Shown here piece by piece: positions 8,901 to 17,400 of a stretch of 32,000 nt of DNA. A program made the translations under genes and the position numbers. How positions within the stretch are numbered: the stretch's first letter is position 1; the number at the start of each line of letters is the position of its first letter. The stretch is from an uncultured Actinomycetes bacterium (GTDB lineage Bacteria; Actinomycetota; Actinomycetes; S36-B12; CAIYMF01). The notes below the pieces were generated by a model. It saw only the letters and a list, made by a program, of their open reading frames with translations, was not told the origin of the DNA and searched no databases. The DNA lies in contig CAWJMG010000003.1 in the NCBI GenBank assembly GCA_963843975.1, forward strand, positions 1,470,001-1,502,000, in the 5' to 3' direction.

Positions 8901-9772
8901 CCTCGGTGGGCCCGTAGGTGTTCCAGACCTCGCGGTCCTCCTCGACCAGCCGTGCCGCGAGCTCCGGCGGGCACGCCTCGCCACCGAGGATGAGCAGGCG
9001 TACGGCGGCGAGAGCATCCGCGGGCCACAGCGCGACGAGAGTCGGCACGGTCGACACGACCGTGATGTCGTTGGCGACCAGCCACGGCCCGAGCTCCATG
9101 CCGCTGCGCACGAGCGAGCGCGGCGCCGGCACGAGGCAGGCGCCGTACGCCCACGCGAGCCACATCTCCTCGCACGACGCGTCGAAGGCGACCGACAGCC
9201 CCGCCATCACGCGGTCGCCCGGGCCGAGCGGCTCGTCCTGCAGGAAGAGCCGCGACTCGGCGTCGACGAACGCCGCCGCGCTCCGGTGCGACACGGCCAC
9301 GCCCTTCGGCGCACCGGTCGAGCCGGACGTGAAGATCACCCAGGCGTCGTCGGTCGTCGTCGGGAGGGTGCCGTCGGCCGCCGCGGGCTTCGGCTTCCTG
9401 ACCGTGCAGCTCGAGGTCGTCGGTGAGCACCGCGGCCACGTCCGTCTCGCCGAACACCGTCCGAGCGCGCTCGTCGGGGTCGTCGGCGTCGACCGGCACG
9501 TACGCCGCCCCCGCGACCAGCGTGCCGGCGATGGCGATGTAGAGGTCGGTCGTGCCCGAGCGGATCCGGACCCCGACCTTGTCGCCCGGCCCCACCCCAG
9601 CTGCGTGCAGCTCCTCGGCGACCTCCTCGGCCGCGTCCAGGAACTCCTCGTAGGTGAGAACCTGGGCGCCGTTGTCGAGCGCGGGCTCGTCCGCGTGGTC
9701 CGCCGCCGTGCGTCGCAGCACGTCGACGAGGGTCCGCGGCGCGGCCGCCAGCGGACCGCGCAGCAGAGTCAT
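5916..9772 (-). CDS. Pls-type single-module NRPS-like synthetase: A-PCP followed by three repeats of 2 TM segments plus a beta-helix-like domain (two frame breaks as sequenced, ~8767 and ~9395-9415)
   Basis: A-domain motifs LTYEEF, VAGAAYVPVD, FTSGSTGAPKG, FDAS, NTYGPTE, GELIIGG, YRSGDL, GRADDQVKVGGRRIELGEI, SGKIDR. PCP motif FFDLGGGSL. No C or TE motifs. Six hydrophobic segments and three hexapeptide-like regions. The pieces lie in ORFs 8723..10093, 8659..9339 and 5916..8726. Span is 3857 nt = 1285 codons + 2. Confidence 0.85.
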
Positions 9773-9854
9773 GCAGGCAGTCTCTCGGACGGTCCGTCGC
9801 GTGACCAAGCGCCGCGCTCGGGCACCACCGGAGGGTCCGGTACGTCGTACTACC

Positions 9855-11238
9855 GTGCGTCTCTCCGAAACCCCGGCTGCGGCCGCCGCCATCGCCGCTG
9901 CGCTGCTGCTCGCGGCCTGCTCGACGCCCTCCTCGAACGACTCGACAGGCTCGAGCGCACCGGTCACCAGCACGCCGACGGTCGGCCCGTCGACCAGCGC
10001 CGGTGCGTCCGCTTCGGCCTCCCCCTCGTCACCTCGACCGACGCGCTCCGGCGCCGACGCGGCGCTGCTCGCAGCGGCACGCAACGGCGACACCGCCGGC
10101 GTCCGTCAAGCCCTGGCCGACGGTGCGGACGTCGAGGCCGCCGACGACCTCGGCCGCACGGCCCTGGTGCAGGCGGCGTACGGCAACCACCTCGAGATCG
10201 CCCGGATCCTGGTCCGTGCCGACGCCGACGTGAACCACCTGGACGCGAGCACCCAGAGCCCGTACCTCATCGCGACGAGCGAGGTCGGCGACGACCCGCG
10301 GCTGCTCGATCTCCTGCTCTCGCACGGTGCGAACCTGCGCGCGAAGGACAGCTACAACGGCACGGGGCTGATCCGTGCGGCAGATCGTGGATTCCCGAGG
10401 ATCGTCGATCGCCTGCTCGAGGCCGGGATCGAGATCGACCACGTCAACCGGTTGGGGTGGACCGCCCTGCACGAGGCGGTAGTCCTCGGCGACGGGTCCG
10501 AGCGGTACCAGCGGGTGGTGCGCCTGCTCGTCGACTCCGGCGCGGACCCGCTGCTGCCGACGCAGAGCGACGGAGTCCGCCCTCGCGCGCACGCTCAGGC
10601 ACGCGGCTTCACGAGGATCGACGCCCTCGTGAGGTCGGCCGCTGAAGGTCTCACGCCCGATCGACGTCTGCTTCGGCACGCACGCGCAGGCAGCGTCGTC
10701 GCCGCGGAGGCAGCCCTGGCCGATGGTGCCGAGGCTCGAGGTCCGCGACGCGCGCGGGCGCACGCCTCTGCTGCTCGCCGCCACGGAGGACCGGGTGCCG
10801 ATGGCGAGGATGCTGGTCGCCCGGGGGGCCGATGTGAACGCCCTGGACGGCCGCCATGACACGCCGTTCCTCGTCACGGGCGTGACCGGCAGCGTGGCCA
10901 TGCTGAAGGCGCTGCTCCCCGGCCGACCCGACACGACGATCCGCAACCGGTACGGCGGGGTCGCAGTGATCCCGGCGTCCGAGCGCGGCCACGCGGAGTA
11001 CGTGGCGGCTGTCCTCGCCCTGACCGACATCGACGTGAACCACGTGAACGACCTCGGCTGGACGGCGCTGCTCGAGGCCGTGATCCTCGGCGACGGCGGA
11101 CCGCGGCACCAGTCCGTCGTCCGCGCGCTGCTGGCCGCAGGCGCAGACCGCTCGATCGCGGACCGCGACGGCGTCACGCCGTTGCAGCACGCCGTACGCA
11201 GGGGGCAGACCGCCGTGGCGGCTCTGATCGACGGCTGA
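9855..11238 (+). CDS. Ankyrin-repeat lipoprotein, two homologous halves (frame break ~10733 as sequenced)
   Basis: Signal and lipobox VRLSETPAAAAAIAAALLLAAC. ANK repeats include GRTALVQAAYGNHLEIARILVRADADVN, LGWTALHEAVVLG, GRTPLLLAATEDRVPMARMLVARGADVN and GVTPLQHAVRRGQ. The parts lie in ORFs 9654..10859 and 10723..11238. Span is 1384 nt = 461 codons + 1. Confidence 0.8.
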
Positions 11239-11383
11239 CCTCTGCCGTCACGAAACCCCAGAGGCACCATGCACCCCACCCGTGACGCAGTTCACGCGCT
11301 GTTTACACAGCGTGGTCGCGTTTCACCCGTTCGGGCCGACTTTCCCCCGTGGACCCTCACGCTCCGCGCATGTTGCCCGGTAC

Positions 11384-11492
11384 GGTGACCCTCATTGCGC
11401 TCGGGGTCGTGGGGCGTCGCGCGGTCGCTGGGGCGGCGACCGGTCGACGTCGGCGTCGGGTGCCGCGGTGGTCGGCTCAGTGGGGGCCGACC
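11384..11492 (+). promoter_or_regulatory. Conserved structured leader of secreted paralog A (two hairpins; the second is ggtcggc-tcagtgggg-gccgacc at 11470-11492)
   Basis: Shares tcggggtcgtg and cggctcagtgggggccg blocks with the leader of paralog B. The stem shows a compensatory T:A to C:G change. Confidence 0.5.
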
Positions 11493-11516
11493 CCGGGGAC
11501 AAAGGGGAATCTCTCG

Positions 11517-12788
11517 ATGAAGACACGTGCGTGGATCGCCAGCTTGACTGTCGCCACCGTCGCGGCGGCGCTCAGCGTCGTCACGGTGGCCGTGCCTGCG
11601 GCCGACGCCGCGCCCCCGGTCGAGGTGCCTGTCGGCACCCTCAGCCTCTCGCTCGGTGCCATCGACCAGTTCACGTTCGACAAGGGCACCGCCGACGCCA
11701 CCGACGACATCGTGCAGCCGATCGGGGCTGTGGTCGGCAAGTGCACGCTCACCCCGACCAGCGGCCCGCTGGCCGCGTTCAGCGCCACCGGCGGCGTGCC
11801 CGGCTTCTACCGCGACTCCATCGGCGTCGCCGGGCCGACCGGCAGCAACGCCTACGGCCGCGAGTGCGCGCGCGTGAGCAAGACGCCCGCCGAGACCCTG
11901 ACGCTGTCGCTGCCCCGCACCTCGGGCGGCGCGTACGACACGATCTTCGGCCAGGCCTACGCCAACGCAGCCAGCCTCGAGGTCGAGGTCAAGGGCGACG
12001 CCGTCGTCCAGGCGACCACCTCGCTGGGCGGCACCCCGACCGGCACCTTCTACCTGCGCGACGGCGACGAGCACTACCGCTCGACTCCGCCGGCTCTGCC
12101 CAACACCTCGACCTGCTCCGCGAACTCCCCCGGCTACGGCGACGACGACGGCGAGCGCGACAACTGCACGTGGAAGATCAGCGGCGCCAAGTTCGACAGC
12201 ATCACGTTCACGGTCCTGCGCGGCGCGTTCTCGCTCGAGGGCGGCAGCGACTGCCGTTCCACCGCGGTCCGCACGAGCACGTTCTCGCTCGTGGTCGAGG
12301 CCGACGGCCTGCTCAACTGCGGCGCCACCACCCCTGGCGTGACCAGCGACGGCTCTATCTCCGACGTCGCCATCACCCGCCTCGAGAACGGACTGGCGAC
12401 GGACGGCACCTGCGTCGGCATCCCGTTCACCCTCCGCGCTGACGGCGGCTCGACCACCTTCCACAAGCCGGCCACCACGCAGGGAAGCGCGCAGTTCACG
12501 CTGTCGCTGACTCGGACCATCCCGGCGTCGTCCGGCATCGACCCGCTGACAGTCGACTGGGAGGACGGCACCACGGTGTACGACCTCCCCTGGTGCAAGC
12601 CGGGCCTGAAGACGGGCGCGACGTTCAACTACGCGGCGCTCACCCCCGCCGATGACGCCTCGAGCGCCACGGCCGGCATCCAGTACGCCTGCCAGTACGA
12701 CCTCGACCCGACCTTCTCGGACGACGGCACGCTGACGATCGTCGACTCGGTCTACTTCACCGGCGACATCAAGTTCACGACCCGCTAG
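11517..12788 (+). CDS. Secreted Cys-rich protein of unknown function, paralog A
   Basis: ATG preceded by aaagggga SD. Signal peptide MKTRAWIASLTVATVAAALSVVTVAVPAADA. Colinear with 13053..14339 and shares the C-terminal GDIKFTTR. I recognise no known domain. Confidence 0.8.
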   Translation: MKTRAWIASLTVATVAAALSVVTVAVPAADAAPPVEVPVGTLSLSLGAIDQFTFDKGTADATDDIVQPIGAVVGKCTLTPTSGPLAAFSATGGVPGFYRDSIGVAGPTGSNAYGRECARVSKTPAETLTLSLPRTSGGAYDTIFGQAYANAASLEVEVKGDAVVQATTSLGGTPTGTFYLRDGDEHYRSTPPALPNTSTCSANSPGYGDDDGERDNCTWKISGAKFDSITFTVLRGAFSLEGGSDCRSTAVRTSTFSLVVEADGLLNCGATTPGVTSDGSISDVAITRLENGLATDGTCVGIPFTLRADGGSTTFHKPATTQGSAQFTLSLTRTIPASSGIDPLTVDWEDGTTVYDLPWCKPGLKTGATFNYAALTPADDASSATAGIQYACQYDLDPTFSDDGTLTIVDSVYFTGDIKFTTR

Positions 12789-12806
12789 ACCCGCACGACC
12801 GCACGG

Positions 12807-12837
12807 CGCGGGAGGCAGCGATCCGCTGCCTCCCGCG
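12807..12837 (+). terminator. Hairpin after paralog A (cgcgggaggcagcg-atc-cgctgcctcccgcg)
   Basis: 14-bp perfect inverted repeat 19 nt after the TAG stop. Confidence 0.65.
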
Positions 12838-12937
12838 TCGGCATGCCCGGGGCGCCACGCGCAGGCGGAACCCTGAGATCCCTGTAACGCCAACGACTGT
12901 CGCCGCGTTTGGTCAACGCAGGGCACAACGCTGCGAC

Positions 12938-13025
12938 GTCACGACCCCGGGCCCCCCACTGTTCGGGGTCGTGACGCGCGGCGAGGCTGCCCGGCGCATC
13001 GAGGGCCGGCTCAGTGGGGGCCGGC
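12938..13025 (+). promoter_or_regulatory. Conserved structured leader of secreted paralog B (hairpin 12938-12975, 12-bp stem; hairpin gccggc-tcagtgggg-gccggc at 13005-13025)
   Basis: Same block order, loop sequence and distance to SD/ATG as upstream of paralog A. Confidence 0.5.
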
Positions 13026-13052
13026 ACGCCGGGACACAAGGGGAACCGCTTC

Positions 13053-14339
13053 ATGAAGACTCGTGCCTGGCTCGCAGGCCTCGCCGGCACCACCCTCATC
13101 GCCACCGTCGGGGTGGTGGCCTCGACGAACGTCGTCGCCTCCGCGGACCCGGTCGCGCCCATCGCCGTCGGCACGGTGGAGATCGCCACCGGCCCGACCG
13201 CCTCGATGGTCTTCAGGAACACCGCCGGCGTGGTCAAGGCCACGCAGGCGATCAGCACGGCCAGCGACAAGTGCAGCCTCACGCCCGTCACCGGGCCGGT
13301 CGGCGCCTGGTCCGCCACCAACGGCGTGCCCAGCTACTACCAGACCGGCATCGGCGTCTCCGGCATCAAGGCCACGGGCACCGCCTGCGGTCGCATCGAC
13401 CCGTCGCCGGACGAGACCCTGACCCTGAAGCTCAACGGATCCGCGCTCCCTGCCCAGCTCAGCTCGCCGCTCGCCCGGTGGGCATCGCTCGACGTCGAGT
13501 TCAAGGGCGGCGCGACGGTGGTCGCGACCCTGAAGCGTGGCGGTGCCGCGGTCGACACCTACACGATCGTCACCGGGACTTCGGCACCGGCCACGCCCCC
13601 GGCCAACACGCAGTACTGCCTCAACGGCTCGGACTCGGGTCCGGACTCGTTCAGCGGCGACAACTGCCAGTGGAGGATCGGCTCGCCGACATCCTTCACC
13701 GCACCTTTCGACGAGATCACCCTCGACGTCACCGTCGGATCGGGAACCTCGCTCAAGGGCGGCGGCGACTGGGCGGTGCCGGCGAACCACCGGAGCGTCT
13801 TCGGTCTGTACGCCCAGCCCGACGGCGTCCTCGACTGCAACGCGGGCGCGCAGAACGTGTCGCCGGACAGCGCCGAGTGGAGCATCTCCGTCAACCGTTT
13901 GACCAACGGCGACGTCGACGAGGTGTGCACGCCGGTGCCCTTCAGCCTGCGCAAGGACGGCTCATCGGCGACCTTCCGCAAGCCCCTCGACAGCCAGTAC
14001 TCGGCCCAGTTCGTCATCGACGTCGTCAAGAAGCAGGTGGCCGCGACCAACCCGATCGCCGTGATCCAGGTGAACTGGGAGGACGGCGCCGGCGCCAAGG
14101 ACGTCGGCTGGTGCAAGGACTCGTACTTCGTCGGCACCGACCTCTCCGGCAAGCCGGTGATCGACTACGGCGTGCTGACGGTCGTCGAGGCCGATGCCAG
14201 CAACGGCAGCGCCGCCAGCCTTCCCGGCTTCCAGTTCGCCTGCCTCTACAAGCAGTCCGCCGACCTGCAGGCGGACGGCAGCCTGATCACGACGGACGGC
14301 CTGTACGTCACGGGCGACATCAAGTTCACGACCCGCTAG
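13053..14339 (+). CDS. Secreted Cys-rich protein of unknown function, paralog B
   Basis: ATG preceded by caagggga SD. Signal peptide MKTRAWLAGLAGTTLIATVGVVASTNVVASA. Conserved Cys positions and C-terminal GDIKFTTR are shared with paralog A. Confidence 0.8.
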   Translation: MKTRAWLAGLAGTTLIATVGVVASTNVVASADPVAPIAVGTVEIATGPTASMVFRNTAGVVKATQAISTASDKCSLTPVTGPVGAWSATNGVPSYYQTGIGVSGIKATGTACGRIDPSPDETLTLKLNGSALPAQLSSPLARWASLDVEFKGGATVVATLKRGGAAVDTYTIVTGTSAPATPPANTQYCLNGSDSGPDSFSGDNCQWRIGSPTSFTAPFDEITLDVTVGSGTSLKGGGDWAVPANHRSVFGLYAQPDGVLDCNAGAQNVSPDSAEWSISVNRLTNGDVDEVCTPVPFSLRKDGSSATFRKPLDSQYSAQFVIDVVKKQVAATNPIAVIQVNWEDGAGAKDVGWCKDSYFVGTDLSGKPVIDYGVLTVVEADASNGSAASLPGFQFACLYKQSADLQADGSLITTDGLYVTGDIKFTTR

Positions 14340-14354
14340 ACCCAGCACTCCCGC

Positions 14355-14395
14355 CGAGAGGGCGGAGCGCGGCGGCAGCCGCCTCCGCCCTCTCG
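14355..14395. terminator. Long hairpin between convergent paralog B and the regulator (cgagagggcggag ... ctccgccctctcg with an inner gcggc/gccgc stem)
   Basis: 13-bp outer stem plus a nested 5-bp stem, read directly. It sits between two converging stops (14339 and 14429). Confidence 0.65.
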
Positions 14396-14428
14396 CACGT
14401 GGTACCGGCGTACGGCGCCGGATCCGCG

Positions 14429-17400
14429 TCAGGTGGCGAGGACGCCGAGGCCGGCCAGCACGGCGCCGGCCTCCTCGGACTTCGCTCGCGCGGCGGCGGT
14501 CTCGCCGGTGAGGGCGAGCACGTCGGCCTGCAGGCCCAGCAGCTGGGCCCGCTCGAACGGCAGTGAGTACTGGTCGGCCAGTGCGACACCGGCATCGGCC
14601 TCGACGAGCGCCTCGTCGTGGCGGCCGAGCGCGGTGAGGGCGCGGGCACGCTCGAGGTTGAGGCGCGGCTGCAGCGCGACGCCCTCGCCGGTGGCAGAGC
14701 CGGCGTTGGACTCCAGCAGCACCAGCGCGTCCTCGGCGCGGCCCTGGCGCGTCAGCGCCTCCACCCGCACGAGCGCCGACTCCAGCGCGCTCACCTTCTG
14801 GCTGAGCGCGACCAGCTCGAGCTCGGCGTCCTGCGCCAGCGCCTCGGCGGCCTCGAGCTCGCCGCGGCCGAGCAGCACTCGGGCGCGGTGCACCTCTCCG
14901 TACGCCGCGAAGGCGGGGACTCCGGAGACGCGCAGGACCCGGACGGCGTCGGTGAGCACCGTCTCCGCCTCGTCGAAGCGCCGCTGGCTCGCGAGCACCT
15001 CGCCGAGGCTGAGCGCCACGATCGCGGCGCCGACGACGTCGCCGACCTCCTGGGCTGCGACGCGGCCGGCGGCGAACGACGCGACCGCCTCGTCCCATCT
15101 GCCGGCGTAGTAGGCGAAGCCGCCGAGGTTCCCGTGGGCGGCGAAGGCGCGCAGGCTGTTGCCGCGCGCGTTCATGACCGTGAGCGCCTCGCGGGTGCGG
15201 TCGCCGACCGACGTGTCGCCGAGCTGGAACGCGGCGACGTCCATCGTGAGCAGCGCCTGCTCGAGCGCCTCGAACTCGCCCGTCTCGCGCGCCTCGTCGA
15301 GCAGCGTCTGCGCGATGTCGAGCGCGTCCTGCAGCCGCTCCTGCTCGAGCCGGATGCCCGCGCGCACCGACCGGAGGCGCACCCGGGTGCGCCGTGCGTC
15401 GAGCGAGGTCTCGGCCGAGAGCATCCGCTCGGCCTTGCTGAGCCTCGGCGAGAGCCGGCCCGAACGCACCCGACCGCTGCCGCACCTGGGCGCGCTGACG
15501 CAGCAGAGTGGCGCTCATGAGCGGGTCCTCCGGTGAGAGGCGCAGCGAGAGTCGGAACGCGTCGAGCGACTGCTCGTACATGCCTGCGAGGTCGCGCACC
15601 TCGCCGAGCCGGCGCCACAGGTCGCGCCTGTCGACGTCGGACACCTCGGCCACGCGCCGACCCGACTCCAGCGCTCGCTCGTAGAGCGCCGCGGCGTCGG
15701 CGTTGGCGTAGGCGCGTGCCGCGCGGTCGCCCGCCATCCGTGAGTAGCGCCAGGTGGCGGCGTCGTCGCCACCGCGCCAGAAGTGCAGCGACAGCGTGTC
15801 GGCGTCGGCCTCGAGATCCTCCGACAGCTTCTCGACCGCACGGCCCGCGGCCGCGTGAAGCTTGGCCCGCAGCCGGTAGGCGAGCCCCTCGTACGCCGCG
15901 TCGCGGATCATGCCGTTGCGGAACTGCAGGCGCCCGCTGCCGTCGGGCTCGAGGAAGCTCTCGAGGCGCGAGAGCGTCGCGGCGTCGACGAGGAGATCGT
16001 CGCTGCGGATGGTCTCGTTCAGCACCTCGGTGCGGAACGAGCGGCCGAGCACCGAGGCGTAGCGCAGGATGCGGCGCGAGTGCGCGTCGAGCGCGTCGAT
16101 CTGCGCGTCGAGCGCGGCGTGGAGGTTCTCGGGCACCGAGTCGAGCGAGCCGACCTCGGCGAACACGCGCGCGATCTCCTCGACGAACAGCGGGTTTCCG
16201 CCCGCACGCCGTACGACCTCGTCGATCTCGTGCGGGCGCATCGGTGTGGCTGCCGTCGCCGCGATCACGAGGCGGCGGATGACGTCGTCAGGCAGCGGGC
16301 CCAGCTCGACGCGCTCCCCCGCCGGGTCGAAGCCGCCCTCGTCGCGCCGGGTGACGAGCATGGCCCATGGACGACGAGGCGCCTCCGCGGCGAAGCGCGC
16401 GAGGACGTGGGCCGACGCCGCATCCGCCCAGTGGCCCTCCTCGACACGGAGGAGCAGCGGCCCGGGGAAGGTCGTCTCGACGAGGCGCAGGATGAGGTCG
16501 GCGATGCGGTCGGGGCGGAACCGCGGCTCGATCGCTCGTACCTCGGGGGACTCGGGCATCGACACGGTGACCACGTCGCCCAGCAGCGAGGCGAACGCCA
16601 GCAGCTCGGGCGCGAGACGTCGCACCCCGGCGCGCACGGCGTCGGCCATCTCGTCGTGCGTGCCGCGCTCGACGCGGAGCAGGGCACGCACCGGGTCGCG
16701 CAGGACGCGGTACGGCGCGGTGGCGCCGTACGGCTCCGCGCGCACGGTGATGGTGCGCACGTCGAACCCGGCGAGCGCCTCGGCGACGACGCGGCTCTTG
16801 CCGGTGCCGTTGCCCCCGCTCACCACGACCACGCCGCCGTCGCCCATGAGCATCCGGCCGACGTTCGACCGGATGGCGTCGAGCTCGACCTCGCGGCCGA
16901 GCAGCGGCAACGAGGTGCCCGCGCCCGTGCCGCGCGTGCCCGTCTCCTCCGCGACGGCGAGCACCGGCACCGGGACGGTCTTGCCCTTCATGGGGAACGG
17001 GCCGGCCGGGGTCGTGGCGAAGAGGGTGCGCGAGCGCTCGAGGACGGTGGGGTGGGCGAACAGCACGCCGTGCGGGGCCTTGCCCATGATGCGCGCCGCT
17101 GTGTTGGTGGTGTCGCCCATCGCGGAGTACGCCGCCCGCTCGACGGCGCCGACCTCGGCGGCGAACACGTGCCCGCGGTTGACGCCGATCTGCAGCGGCA
17201 GCGGCGTGCCGACGTCGAGGACGCGGCGCATCGCCCGCAGCATGCGGCCTTCGTCGTCCTCGCTGGAGTAGGGGACGCCGGAGCCCATGAAGAGCTTGCC
17301 GCCGTCGCTGTCGAGGTCGGTCGCGAGCAAAGTGACGCCCTCGTCGTTCATGGCCTGCATGAACACCGACACGGTGCTGTCGAGGGCCTCCGCCACGGCT

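Noticed and set aside
12762-14343. Identical 31-nt 3' ends of the two secreted paralogs, considered as recombination or cassette boundaries
   Set aside because: 24 of the 31 nt encode the conserved GDIKFTTR peptide, and strong GC3 codon bias makes identical codons likely. The remaining 7 nt are too few to support a separate element.
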